Shown here: positions 8,935 through 18,229 of the stretch, in pieces
Layout: every line of letters begins with the position of its first letter
Position numbering within the stretch: position 1 is the first letter of the stretch
Assembly: GCA_047602425.1 (NCBI GenBank)
Contig: JASGHG010000001.1
Location: 1,024,001-1,088,000, forward strand
Direction: 5' to 3'
Source of the DNA: Nibricoccus sp.
GTDB taxonomy: Bacteria > Verrucomicrobiota > Verrucomicrobiia > Opitutales > Opitutaceae
DNA length: 64,000 nt
Position numbers and translations under genes: made by a program
Notes under the pieces: model-generated
What the model was told of the DNA's origin: nothing
Databases searched by the model: none
Seen by the model: only the letters and a program-made list of their open reading frames with translations

Positions 8935-10992
8935 TTATTTGGACGGCGCGGGCGCCTCGGCCGCAGGCGCCGGCGTTGCGGGCTGTTTCGCTTTGGGTTT
9001 TAGGACCAGACTGTGTTCGTCCGAGCGATTTACCCGCTCAAAAATACCTTTTAGAACCGGATAGCTCGCCGCCTGAAACGCCACGCATCCCTCGGCTCCC
9101 AACACGAAATTTCGCTCGTAGACCAGGGTTCGGGACTTTCCTTTGTAGCCGATCTTGTAATCAGCCTTAACGACGGCGGCATTTTGATCGACGTTCGACG
9201 GGGCGGACGGCGCGTCCAGCGCGTAACCTTCGGGCAAGATTATGTCGATTTTGTCATGTTCGGTTCGCGCGTAATCGAAAAAGATTGGAAGCTTCCGAAT
9301 TTCCGCGGTGAAGAGCGCCGGTTTGCCGTGTTCGAAATAGTTCGGCGGCAGCACAATTCTCGTGCCCGCGACTTCGGCGTAGCCGGGCACTTTGACTTTA
9401 TAGCGAAGGGTAAGCGGCATCACGATGGTGCGGGCGTTCTCCACAACGATGTCGGTGATCTCCGCGGCGGGCAGCCGGTCGGTGAGGCTGGAGCGGATGT
9501 CGGTCTCGATTTCAGCCGTGGTTTTGGTGTTCCAAGCGGACTTTTTGGACGCAGCGGCGTGTCCCTCCATCCGAATTTCGACATTCCCTTCCAGTGTGCC
9601 TTCGGCATCGAGCGTGAAATGCCCTTCGCGGATGGAAGGCGATTTGGCCGCAGGCGACACGGGGTTATCCACGTAAACGACTTTGTCTTCGTCACAATAT
9701 AGACCGGCGGCCATCTCGTTTTTGAACGGAATCATGCCGGCCGGCATGAAATAATTTCCCGGGGCGTAAAGTTTCCATTCGTTGCCCATTTTCACCGCAA
9801 CCAACATGTCATCGATAAAGATCCATCCGTGCATGTTGCGGATATCCAAAACCGTGTCCCGACTCGAGCAACGCACGAGTTTCACTTCGAAGCCGGCTCC
9901 CCGTGCCAGCATGGCAAACAGTTCGTTAACGTGGTTCGACGAACCCGTTTTTAGAGCCAAGGTGTCATCGGCGTATTGCTTCCAATCGTTCTTCTCCAGT
10001 TTTTCCTTGGCGGCCTGGAGCTTCGGCGAATCGAAATAGTCGAAATTGTCTATGTTCTGGCGGCAATAGTCGTAAAGCAGTCGGAGTTTCTCTTCGTCAG
10101 AGGCGGCCCCCTGCACAAGGCTCGTCGCCAGGTTGCGCATTTTCACTCCTGGCTTCGTGCGAAGTTTAAATTCCTCCGCCAGATAACTGCTGATTTCGGA
10201 CCAGAGTTTTTCCGGTTTATTGAAATACCGCAAATACGGGTGCGTGAACAATATCATGTACCATCCGCGCACGTCCTTCATCGGCGGCATCAGCGGCTCG
10301 CTTTCGAACGCAGGGAGATCCCGCATCTCCAGCGTATCGCCATTCTTCAACTCAGCCTTGACCATGTTGAACCAAAAGAAATGAAAGTCTCGCGTGCTGT
10401 TTGCCACCTTGAAGGTAGCCGCCCGGACCGGGACATTCTCCTGACCGTACCAAATGAAGTAGGAATTATACTGGTCGTCCGTCGCCTGCGACCATTGAAA
10501 CTCCAGGATATCGCCTGGCGCCAGGTTCGGCAGGGCAAGGCTCTTCCGTTTGAATTTTTGATAACCGATTTTTTCCACTACAGTTTCGCTAAAGCTGTCC
10601 TTGTCGAAATCAGTCGTCGTGCCATCGGTCTTGGTGAGGCGGGCGGCAAGATTCCAGAGGTTGCGCCGGGAAGAATAATCGATGTGCAGGATGCCGGTTT
10701 CCTCGCTCCCCTTCGGGCTGTAGATTTTAATACGGCGATAAGTTTCGATGTAGTTTTCGTTGGTGTCGTAGTCGAGAACGCGATTGGACAAAAGGATCTC
10801 CGCGCTCGCACCGGGCGAGGACTTGCACTCGGTCATCGCAAGATCGTCCTTCGGAATGAGAAGCCATTTGGGTTTTGCCATCGCCGAGGGGGCGGCGGAA
10901 AAACCCAGGATGAGAGCAAGGATGCAAGTTGTGACGGTGGCAACGCGAGGAACCGTTGCGCGCACACGGGAGTGAAAACACCGGATAAACAT
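8935..10992 (-). CDS. DUF3857 domain protein with degenerate transglutaminase-like core (start uncertain)
   Basis: RIKIYSPKG, PNLAPGDILEF; catalytic region reads GSSNHVNELF with no Cys; ATG at 10992 precedes a signal-like segment. Confidence 0.8.
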   Translation of the reverse strand: MFIRCFHSRVRATVPRVATVTTCILALILGFSAAPSAMAKPKWLLIPKDDLAMTECKSSPGASAEILLSNRVLDYDTNENYIETYRRIKIYSPKGSEETGILHIDYSSRRNLWNLAARLTKTDGTTTDFDKDSFSETVVEKIGYQKFKRKSLALPNLAPGDILEFQWSQATDDQYNSYFIWYGQENVPVRAATFKVANSTRDFHFFWFNMVKAELKNGDTLEMRDLPAFESEPLMPPMKDVRGWYMILFTHPYLRYFNKPEKLWSEISSYLAEEFKLRTKPGVKMRNLATSLVQGAASDEEKLRLLYDYCRQNIDNFDYFDSPKLQAAKEKLEKNDWKQYADDTLALKTGSSNHVNELFAMLARGAGFEVKLVRCSSRDTVLDIRNMHGWIFIDDMLVAVKMGNEWKLYAPGNYFMPAGMIPFKNEMAAGLYCDEDKVVYVDNPVSPAAKSPSIREGHFTLDAEGTLEGNVEIRMEGHAAASKKSAWNTKTTAEIETDIRSSLTDRLPAAEITDIVVENARTIVMPLTLRYKVKVPGYAEVAGTRIVLPPNYFEHGKPALFTAEIRKLPIFFDYARTEHDKIDIILPEGYALDAPSAPSNVDQNAAVVKADYKIGYKGKSRTLVYERNFVLGAEGCVAFQAASYPVLKGIFERVNRSDEHSLVLKPKAKQPATPAPAAEAPAPSK

Positions 10993-11193
10993 GGCAGGAG
11001 AGGTTGTGATTGGGGGAAGCCTGGACGCAAAAATCGGACCGTTGCCGCCGATCCCGACAACAATGGTTTGTCTCAAAACCAAGGGATAGGCGCAAGATCT
11101 TAGTGCTTTCGCGCGGATGGAGATTCTTTGCCGCTTCTTTAAGAATCAGCTGTAACCATTAGACAGCGCTTCGGGTATTGGTACTTTAATACC

Positions 11194-12111
11194 ATGCTAT
11201 CCCTTCGCTCCGTCACCAAACGTTACGGCAACCTCACGGCGCTCGACGGAGTTTCACTCGACATCGCGTCTGGCGAATTATTCGGCCTCCTCGGCCCCAA
11301 TGGCGCGGGAAAATCCACCCTAATGTCGCTCGCGGCCGGCTTGCGCACCCCGGATATCGGCGAAGTCTCGCTCGACGGCATACCGCTCGCCAAATCCGAC
11401 CTCGCTGCGCGGTCGGCGCTCGGGCTCGTGCCACAAACCATCGCGCTCTACACCGATCTGACTGCCGAACAAAACCTGCGCATCTTTGGCCAGCTCTACG
11501 GTCTCCGCGGACGCGATTTGCAAACTCGCATCGACGAAGCGCTCGAATCCGTCCAACTCGCCGACCGGCGGCATTCGGCGGTGAAAACCTTTTCCGGAGG
11601 CATGCAACGACGCCTTAACATCGTCGCATCGATCCTTCACCAGCCCAAGATCCTTCTCTGTGACGAACCCACCGTCGGTATCGATCCACAATCGCGCAAC
11701 GCCATCTTCGACTACCTTGAGAAACTAAATCGCGAGGGGTTAACCATCATCTATTCCACTCACTACATGGAGGAGGCCGAACGGCTCTGCTCGCGCATCG
11801 GCATCATCGACCACGGCAAGATCCTCGCGCTCGGCACCCTCGACGAACTTCTCACCCGGCTGCCTTTCGAAGACGAAATTGTTTTTCCCGAAACCTCCGC
11901 CACTGCGCCTTTCGCCGCCCGGCTCACCGCCCACGGACAACTTGACACCGCCGATGGTAAGCATCGCTTCCGCCCCCGGCCCGGCCATCCACTCTCGGCG
12001 TTCTTCGCCGATGCCGAGCAAGCCGCTATCGCCACACGCATGTTCGAAATTCGCCGCCCCACCCTCGAAGCCGTCTTCCTCCACCTCACTGGCCGCAAAC
12101 TCCGCGACTGA
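11194..12111 (+). CDS. ABC-2 type exporter ATP-binding subunit
   Basis: Walker A GPNGAGKST, signature FSGGMQRR, DEPT, H-loop STHYMEE. Confidence 0.95.
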   Translation: MLSLRSVTKRYGNLTALDGVSLDIASGELFGLLGPNGAGKSTLMSLAAGLRTPDIGEVSLDGIPLAKSDLAARSALGLVPQTIALYTDLTAEQNLRIFGQLYGLRGRDLQTRIDEALESVQLADRRHSAVKTFSGGMQRRLNIVASILHQPKILLCDEPTVGIDPQSRNAIFDYLEKLNREGLTIIYSTHYMEEAERLCSRIGIIDHGKILALGTLDELLTRLPFEDEIVFPETSATAPFAARLTAHGQLDTADGKHRFRPRPGHPLSAFFADAEQAAIATRMFEIRRPTLEAVFLHLTGRKLRD

Positions 12112-12120
12112 TCATATTCC

Positions 12121-13494
12121 ATGCACCCGATTTTCGTCCTCTTTGGGAAAAGTCTCCGGCTTTTCATGCGCAACAAAGCCGCGGTCCTCATCACCTTTCT
12201 CGTGCCGGTCGTACTGATCGCGTTGTTCGGCTTTGTCTTCGGTCTCTACAAAAACATCGAGGCCGGCCCAAGCGGCATCAAGCTCGCGGTCGTCAATCTC
12301 AGTCCCGAACCAGCCGCCATCGAGCTGATCGATGCGCTCAAGCTCGAAAAAACCTTCCGGATCGTCACCGAAACAAAAAATGCCGACGGCTCCAAGCGCC
12401 CGCTTACCGAAGCCGACGCCCGCGCCGAGATGCATGACAATAAATACCGTTTCGCGCTCATCATACCCGCCGACATGATTCCCGAGAATGGCTTCGGCAT
12501 TCACCTGAAATTTCTCTCCGATCCGCGCAACGAAATCGAGACCCAAACCGTCAACGGCATGCTGCAAAAAACGATTTTCTCGCGCGTGCCCCAACTGCTC
12601 GGCCAATCGTTGCAGAATCAATCCAAAAAATTTCTCGGCAGCGAAAAGTTCGAATCCTTCAACCACACCGTCGCCAACACCGTCGCAGCGACCTACGGCG
12701 GCGATGCCAATGAAATCTACCAGCGCATGATCGCCGGCGATTTCGGCGTCGGCAAACTCCTCCAATCGCCCACCGACAAATCGACGCCCGCGACGGCGGC
12801 GGAAAAGCCATCTTCCGCCGGCCCCGCGGACATCTTTTCGAAAATTGCCCGCATCGAAACCGAACAGGTCACCGGAAAAAAGGTGGCAAATCCCGCCGCG
12901 TCGCGTCTGGTCGGTGGCTACGCCATCATGTTTTTGCTCTTCGCCCTGACGGGTTCCGCCACCTCGCTCTTCGAGGAGAAACGCTCGGGCATCTTCCAAC
13001 GGATTCTCTCCGCTCCCGTTCACTTGTCACATATCCTTTGGTCTCGGTTTCTTTTCGGCATCGCCCTAGGCACGGTGCAACTGATTTTCCTGTTTCTAGC
13101 CGGTAAGTTTTTGTTCGGCATGGAGCTTTTCTCGCATATGCCAGCCTTGCTGCCGTTGATTCTGGCCGCCGCCGCGGCCTGCACTTCCTTTGGCATGCTG
13201 CTCGCCGCGATTTCCTCGACGCAGGAAATGGCCATGGGGCTCGCCAATCTCGTCGTGCTTGTGATGTGCGCTGTCGGTGGCGCCTGGTTTCCGGTGAGCA
13301 TGATGCCCGCGTTCATCCAAAATTTCAGCAAACTCACGATCGTTTATTGGTCGGTCGAGGGTTTCGCCGCGGTGCTTTGGGCGGGCCAATCTCTCGTGGA
13401 AATTTTGCCGATTCTCGGCATCCTTCTCGGCACCGCGGTTGTCATCATGACCTTGGCCACCTGGTGCTTCAAGCGGAGCTCGATGTTCGATTAA
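12121..13494 (+). CDS. ABC-2 type exporter permease
   Basis: One N-terminal TM, large extracytoplasmic loop, multiple C-terminal TMs; EEKRSGIFQRILSAPV, GGAWFPVSMMP. Confidence 0.9.
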   Translation: MHPIFVLFGKSLRLFMRNKAAVLITFLVPVVLIALFGFVFGLYKNIEAGPSGIKLAVVNLSPEPAAIELIDALKLEKTFRIVTETKNADGSKRPLTEADARAEMHDNKYRFALIIPADMIPENGFGIHLKFLSDPRNEIETQTVNGMLQKTIFSRVPQLLGQSLQNQSKKFLGSEKFESFNHTVANTVAATYGGDANEIYQRMIAGDFGVGKLLQSPTDKSTPATAAEKPSSAGPADIFSKIARIETEQVTGKKVANPAASRLVGGYAIMFLLFALTGSATSLFEEKRSGIFQRILSAPVHLSHILWSRFLFGIALGTVQLIFLFLAGKFLFGMELFSHMPALLPLILAAAAACTSFGMLLAAISSTQEMAMGLANLVVLVMCAVGGAWFPVSMMPAFIQNFSKLTIVYWSVEGFAAVLWAGQSLVEILPILGILLGTAVVIMTLATWCFKRSSMFD

Positions 13495-13547
13495 TTGGTT
13501 TGGCCGTCGCGCAAACCGCGCCGCCCCATGCCGTCTCCGGACGGCCA

Positions 13548-13574
13548 GTAACATTTCCGCCCGTCCCTGCGTAT
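13548..13574 (+). promoter_or_regulatory. Putative ECF sigma promoter GTAAC-N17-CGTAT
   Basis: Same motif and spacing at 14472-14498; ECF sigma gene nearby. Confidence 0.65.
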
Positions 13575-13599
13575 GAGCCGGTGTAACTCCGAATACACC

Positions 13600-14301
13600 A
13601 TGAAAACACCGGTCTCCTCCACTCTCGCCGCCGCCTTTGTCGCCGCGGCTTTTCTCCTCTCGGCCAACTCCTCTTTCGCCGACGCCCGTATCAAGAAAAC
13701 CCATACGCGCACCCGCTCCGGCACCTATCAGGGGAGCAACGGCCACTCCGGCACCTTCAGCAAATCCACCACGCGCGAAAAGGGCAGAACCGAACGCAGC
13801 GCCACCGCCACCAACCAAGATGGCAAGACCGCCACGCATGAAGCCACCCGCACGTGGGACAAGGAAACCGGCACTGGCACAGTCAGCAGCTCGACCACGG
13901 GTTTCAACGGCAAGACTTCCTCCCGCGAGGGCACGGTCACGAAAACTGGCGAGGGCACCATTCAGTCGCAGGGCACTGTTACCGGCCCCAATGGCAAAAC
14001 CAGTACCTACGATCTTACCACCACCAAGACCGATGATGGCCGCTCCACCGCCGGCACCGTCACCGGGCCAAATGGCAGACAGACCGTCGTCACCTCCATA
14101 ACCGAGCGCTCCGCCGGCGAAAAGGAACGCACCACCACCCTCACTGGCCCGAATGGCAAAACCCTCGAACGCGAAATCGCCACGACGCGTAACGGCGATG
14201 GCACTGGCACCCGCACCGTCGAAGTCACGAAACCCGATGGCACCACCGAGACCCGCACGCAGACTTTCACGCTCGATCCCAAACCCACCCCGGCACCGTA
14301 A
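13600..14301 (+). CDS. Secreted Thr/Gly-rich repeat protein
   Basis: Signal peptide from ATG 13600; ~27-aa repeats centred on TGPNGK / TNQDGK / TKPDGT. Confidence 0.8.
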   Translation: MKTPVSSTLAAAFVAAAFLLSANSSFADARIKKTHTRTRSGTYQGSNGHSGTFSKSTTREKGRTERSATATNQDGKTATHEATRTWDKETGTGTVSSSTTGFNGKTSSREGTVTKTGEGTIQSQGTVTGPNGKTSTYDLTTTKTDDGRSTAGTVTGPNGRQTVVTSITERSAGEKERTTTLTGPNGKTLEREIATTRNGDGTGTRTVEVTKPDGTTETRTQTFTLDPKPTPAP

Positions 14302-14332
14302 TTTCTGTTAGCATAGCAATTGGGTAACTTGC

Positions 14333-14375
14333 CCGGCGTCCGCGATCCCCGCCCGGACGCCGGTTCTATTTTTTT
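14333..14375 (+). terminator. Rho-independent terminator
   Basis: CCGGCGTCCG / CGGACGCCGG stem followed by TTCTATTTTTTT. Confidence 0.8.
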
Positions 14376-14378
14376 CTT

Positions 14379-14404
14379 GTAGGGCTCGACTTTGCTCGAC
14401 GCCC
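14379..14404. repeat. GTAG-type REP-like palindrome
   Basis: GTAG + GGCTCGA-ctttgc-TCGACGCCC. Confidence 0.45.
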
Positions 14405-14420
14405 CTCCGCCCCTTCCGAA

Positions 14421-14450
14421 ATTAGCGTTAATTAGCGTCCATTAGCGGTT
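14421..14450. repeat. 3x 10-bp tandem repeat ATTAGCGNNN
   Basis: ATTAGCGTTA ATTAGCGTCC ATTAGCGGTT. Confidence 0.75.
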
Positions 14451-14471
14451 CAAAAACTCCGTTATCCGCCC

Positions 14472-14498
14472 GTAACATTTTCCCTCCGCGCTTCGTAT
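14472..14498 (+). promoter_or_regulatory. Putative ECF sigma promoter GTAAC-N17-CGTAT
   Basis: GTAACATTT...CGTATG ending just before the Spy/CpxP-like ATG at 14510. Confidence 0.65.
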
Positions 14499-14509
14499 GT
14501 GAGTTCACC

Positions 14510-14944
14510 ATGAAAAAATCCATCTTCGCTCTCCTCGCCCTCTTCATCATCGCCCTCGCCGGTACCGCCGCCATCGCCGCCCGCCCCGACTCCGACAGCC
14601 CCGGCTCCCACCACCGCCAAAAAGCCTTCAGGCCCGGCCAGATCAAACACGCGCTCAATCTCTCCGACGATCAGGTCGCCAAAATCAAAACCGAGTTCTC
14701 CGCCCAAAAAGACGCCATGAAGGCGCAGGCGCTCAAAGTCCGCAGCGCTCGCGCCAATCTCCGCACCGCTATCCAGTCCGGCGCGCCCGAAAACGACATC
14801 CGCGCCGCCGCCGCTTCCGTGGGTGCCGCCGAAGGCGATCTCGCCATGGTTCGCGCGAACCTCGTCGCTCACATCAAACCCATCCTCACGCCCGAACAGT
14901 TTGAAAAGCTCCAGGCCCTCCAAGCCAAACGCGCCCGTCTCTGA
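14510..14944 (+). CDS. Spy/CpxP-family periplasmic protein
   Basis: Signal peptide; LNLSDDQ and ILTPEQ (LTxxQ) motifs; helical and basic. Confidence 0.85.
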   Translation: MKKSIFALLALFIIALAGTAAIAARPDSDSPGSHHRQKAFRPGQIKHALNLSDDQVAKIKTEFSAQKDAMKAQALKVRSARANLRTAIQSGAPENDIRAAAASVGAAEGDLAMVRANLVAHIKPILTPEQFEKLQALQAKRARL

Positions 14945-14968
14945 GTTGACCCATCCTCTCCACTTCGG

Positions 14969-15574
14969 TTGCAATTGCCTCCTCCCCCAACAATTTCCTC
15001 CCCTGTGGTGAACGATGCAGACCTCGTGGCTCGCGTAAAGGCCGGCTCAACCGACGCCTTTGCCGAACTTATCCGAAACAACCAACAACAAGTTTTCAAC
15101 ATCCTCCGCCACTATGAACGCGACCTGCATCTCGTCGAGGATCTCGCCCAGGAAACCTTCACCAAGGCCTGGCGCGCGCTCGACCAGTTCGACAGTCGCG
15201 CTCCTTTTCAACACTGGCTTTCCCGCATCGCCGTCCATGTCGCGCTCGACCACGTCCGTCGCCGCAAACGCCTCTCCGGCACCGTCGCCCTTCCCGAAAT
15301 CGGCGAGGACTGCGTTTCCTGGCTGCGCGACGAGCTTCCGCCGCGCGAACTCCAGGCCCGCCAGGCCCGCGAAATCCTGGATCTCGCCATGCAATCCCTC
15401 TCGCCTGCCGAACAACTCGTAATCACCATGCTCGAAATCGAAAACCGCAGCGTTAAGGAAATCTGCTCGCTCACCGGCGATTCCAGTGTCGCCGTCCGCG
15501 TGCGCGCCCTGCGGGCCCGGGCCAAACTGCGCAAAGCCATCGAAAAACTTCAGGAGAACGAAAATGAAAGATAA
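14969..15574 (+). CDS. ECF RNA polymerase sigma factor (true start probably GTG near 15005-15008)
   Basis: Region 2 EDLAQETFTKAW...FQHWLSRIA; region 4 LSPAEQLVI...SVKEI...VRVRALRARAKL. Confidence 0.92.
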   Translation: MQLPPPPTISSPVVNDADLVARVKAGSTDAFAELIRNNQQQVFNILRHYERDLHLVEDLAQETFTKAWRALDQFDSRAPFQHWLSRIAVHVALDHVRRRKRLSGTVALPEIGEDCVSWLRDELPPRELQARQAREILDLAMQSLSPAEQLVITMLEIENRSVKEICSLTGDSSVAVRVRALRARAKLRKAIEKLQENENER

Positions 15575-15857
15575 GAAACTCAACGAAATCTTTGCCGCCG
15601 CCCGCCGCGAAACCCCGCCGCCCGTGCCTGCCGGCTTCGCCGAACGCGTCCTGAACTGCCTCCCCGCCGACGTCCGTTCGCAGCCGGTCGTCATCAGCTT
15701 CTTCGACCAGCTCAACCGCCATTTCACCCGCTACGCCGTCTCCGCCGCCGCCGCCATCGCCCTCTGCGCCGCCGTCGAGATCAGCCAGTCTTTCGCCCAG
15801 GACTCCAATATCGACGACGACGTGGAGCAAATCTGCTCCGATTGGATGCTGCGCTGA
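15564..15857 (+). CDS. Small single-TM protein, probable anti-sigma factor
   Basis: ATG overlaps the sigma 3' end; MKDKKLNEIFAAARRE...PAGFAERV then one hydrophobic helix. Confidence 0.7.
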   Translation: MKDKKLNEIFAAARRETPPPVPAGFAERVLNCLPADVRSQPVVISFFDQLNRHFTRYAVSAAAAIALCAAVEISQSFAQDSNIDDDVEQICSDWMLR

Positions 15858-15868
15858 TCCGCCCAACC

Positions 15869-16390
15869 ATGAAATCCCTCAAGGTCATCATCGTTCTCCT
15901 CCTCGTTTTTGCCGCCGGCATTTCCATCGGCGTGGTTGGCACCCGCTACGTTATCAAGCGCGACATTCGCCGGGCCATTCTTCAACCCGAACTCGTCCGC
16001 CTTCGCGTCGAACGCGAACTTACCCGCGAACTTTCGCTAACCCCCGCCCAGCAAAACCAGCTCGACGCCATTCTCATCAAGCTTCAACAGGACATCGCCA
16101 AAGCCCGCAAGGAACGCATGCCGCGCATCCGCCCGATCTTCACCGCCGCCCAGCGCAGCATCAACGACATGCTCACGCCCGAGCAGCTTGAAAAGTTCGA
16201 ACGCTACCAAGCCGAAAACGGCGTCTTCTCCTTCGGCGCCGCCCAAGGCCAGGGCCAAAACTTTCCCCGGCTCCAAAAGCTGAAAAAGCTCCGCGAGAAC
16301 ATGCAACAAAACCAGTCGAAACCGCCAGCTTCGACTCCGACGCCAGCCCAGCCACAAGCCGAACCACCACCTGCACCTAGTTCAGAATAG
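15869..16390 (+). CDS. Membrane-anchored Spy/CpxP/ZraP-like periplasmic sensor protein
   Basis: N-terminal TM LLLVFAAGISIG; ELSLTPAQ and MLTPEQ motifs. Confidence 0.75.
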   Translation: MKSLKVIIVLLLVFAAGISIGVVGTRYVIKRDIRRAILQPELVRLRVERELTRELSLTPAQQNQLDAILIKLQQDIAKARKERMPRIRPIFTAAQRSINDMLTPEQLEKFERYQAENGVFSFGAAQGQGQNFPRLQKLKKLRENMQQNQSKPPASTPTPAQPQAEPPPAPSSE

Positions 16391-16415
16391 GTAGGGACGG
16401 GCCGCCGGGCCGTCC
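16391..16415. repeat. GTAG-type REP-like palindrome
   Basis: GTAG + GGACGG...CCGTCC immediately after the stop codon. Confidence 0.5.
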
Positions 16416-16501
16416 GTCAACATCGCCAACCCAAAATCGCCGCACCAACGGCCCCGGCCACTGCCTTGTCCCTTTCCCTAAAATTCACGGTCCCTTCCGT
16501 C

Positions 16502-16540
16502 CTCTGTGACCTCTGTGTCCGCGCTCCGTGCACTCTGTGA
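16502..16540. repeat. CTCTGTG-based short repeat, related to 22277-22306
   Basis: Four CTC(T/C)GTG units; 16511-16540 matches 22277-22306 at 26/30 nt. Confidence 0.75.
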
Positions 16541-16586
16541 CCCACGTCTTTCCTCATTCTTTTAGCCTAAACCATCCTTCACCTCC

Positions 16587-17366
16587 ATGAAAACGAACCT
16601 CCTCCTCTCCGTCCTTGCCCTCGGCTTCGCCACTGCGACCGCCGCTCGCGCCGACTTCGCCGTCTCCACCGGCTACGACTACACGACCGGCAAATATGGC
16701 TACACCGAACCAACCCAAATCTCCACCTGGAATGCCACCGCCGAGTATGCCTATGAAGCCTGGTCCGCCCGCATCTACGTGCCGCACGAACGTGTCACCA
16801 GTCCTGTCGGGACCGTGATTATCGCTGGCCGTCCTCGCCTGACTGCGCTCCTCAACGCCCGCAACCAAAGCAAAACAGAAACCGTTTCCGGCGTCGGCGA
16901 CGTTGAAACTTCGATTTCCTTCGATGCCACCCATGGCTCCGAAAAAGGATGGAGCGCCGTCTTCACCGGCACCGTGAAATTCGCCACCGCCGACGAGGAA
17001 AAAGGACTTGGCACCGGCAAACGGGATTTCGGCCTCGGCGTTACTCTCGCGCGCAACTTCGATCGTTTAACTCCGTCGATTGGTTTCGGTTACCGCTTTG
17101 TCGGAAAACCCGAAGGCTCCGATCTCAAAAACTACGCCTATGGCAGCGTCGGTCTTGGCTGGTGGGCGACCGATACCACCAATCTCAGCCTCTCTTTCGA
17201 CACCTATCAGGCCTCCAGCAAAAGCAGCGGCGTCGACAATGAAGTTTCCCTCGGCCTCAATCAGAACCTCGGCAAACACTGGGACTTCGAAATCCACGCC
17301 CTCGCCGGCCTCAGCACCAACGCCCCCGACTACGGCACCGGCGCCTCGCTGCGATTTTCGTTCTAG
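16587..17366 (+). CDS. Outer-membrane beta-barrel protein (MetA-pathway/transporter-like)
   Basis: Signal peptide; GYDYTTGKYG, SGVGDV, ATADEEKGLGTGKRD; C-terminal Phe. Confidence 0.75.
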   Translation: MKTNLLLSVLALGFATATAARADFAVSTGYDYTTGKYGYTEPTQISTWNATAEYAYEAWSARIYVPHERVTSPVGTVIIAGRPRLTALLNARNQSKTETVSGVGDVETSISFDATHGSEKGWSAVFTGTVKFATADEEKGLGTGKRDFGLGVTLARNFDRLTPSIGFGYRFVGKPEGSDLKNYAYGSVGLGWWATDTTNLSLSFDTYQASSKSSGVDNEVSLGLNQNLGKHWDFEIHALAGLSTNAPDYGTGASLRFSF

Positions 17367-17387
17367 ACGCTGGAACCATTCCAAATC

Positions 17388-18089
17388 TTACAGCGCGGTA
17401 GGCGAGCTGTCCGACACTTCTTTGATTTTTTCTGGTGGGAAAATCTCCTCCCCCGGAACTTTGACCTCACGAACGGGTGTCGGCAAAAACCAAATAAACG
17501 AGCTTGTCCTACGATTGTAGTCCGACTGTGACATGCGAGTGACAGCAGCATAATAGCCGGGGATGTTCTCTTTGGCCGATAATACCTGGTTGTAATTGAT
17601 GCGCCTCTTCTCGGGAACTAAACCATTTATCATAGTAAAGAGCGGCTCGAGCTCTTTGAGATAAACCTGGTGTGCAGAAATTTCGTCATGCCGATAGCCG
17701 CCATCGGGAGTAAAAGCCACATCAAGATAAAGCCCATCGGCCACACCTCGATGTTCAGTAACTGTCCCGCGAAGATTCGCCGGAATTTTTTCAACGGCCG
17801 AACGAAGCCGCTCTATTTGTTGCGCACTCAGATAAACTACTTCTTCCAATTCGGAAAACCTTCCACTTTGCGAGCAAACAATACCCCGGTCACAAACATA
17901 CCACATATCTCTTCCGCCGCCCGGGGCGTAAAAAACACTTATTGTCACAATTCTATCCCCAACTCCCGTTGTTGTATCTCGCCGATCAAATCCATACCCA
18001 ACCCTTAGGAGAAATCCTCCCAGCAGAAGGCACGTTACAATGAGATAAATCCCCAGCCAACGATGACGTCTTGGTGAACGGGCAATCAT
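17388..18089 (-). CDS. Hypothetical single-TM protein, AT-richer than its neighbours
   Basis: Long ORF with one N-terminal hydrophobic helix; no recognisable motif; start uncertain (18089 or 18116). Confidence 0.55.
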   Translation of the reverse strand: MIARSPRRHRWLGIYLIVTCLLLGGFLLRVGYGFDRRDTTTGVGDRIVTISVFYAPGGGRDMWYVCDRGIVCSQSGRFSELEEVVYLSAQQIERLRSAVEKIPANLRGTVTEHRGVADGLYLDVAFTPDGGYRHDEISAHQVYLKELEPLFTMINGLVPEKRRINYNQVLSAKENIPGYYAAVTRMSQSDYNRRTSSFIWFLPTPVREVKVPGEEIFPPEKIKEVSDSSPTAL

Positions 18090-18166
18090 GGAACTCGATC
18101 CAGACAACAGAAACAAGACATACGGTCAAATTCTAGTTTCGCGCCACGGACAGCCTTCCTCGATCC

Positions 18167-18208
18167 AAATAAAAAAACGGCGCCCGATCCGCAGATCGGT
18201 GCGCCGTT
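18167..18208 (-). terminator. Rho-independent terminator of ferredoxin
   Basis: AACGGCGC-CCGATC / GATCGG-GCGCCGTT stem followed by a T-tract on the minus strand. Confidence 0.8.
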
Positions 18209-18229
18209 GAGAAAAAGAAGGGGAGCGGA

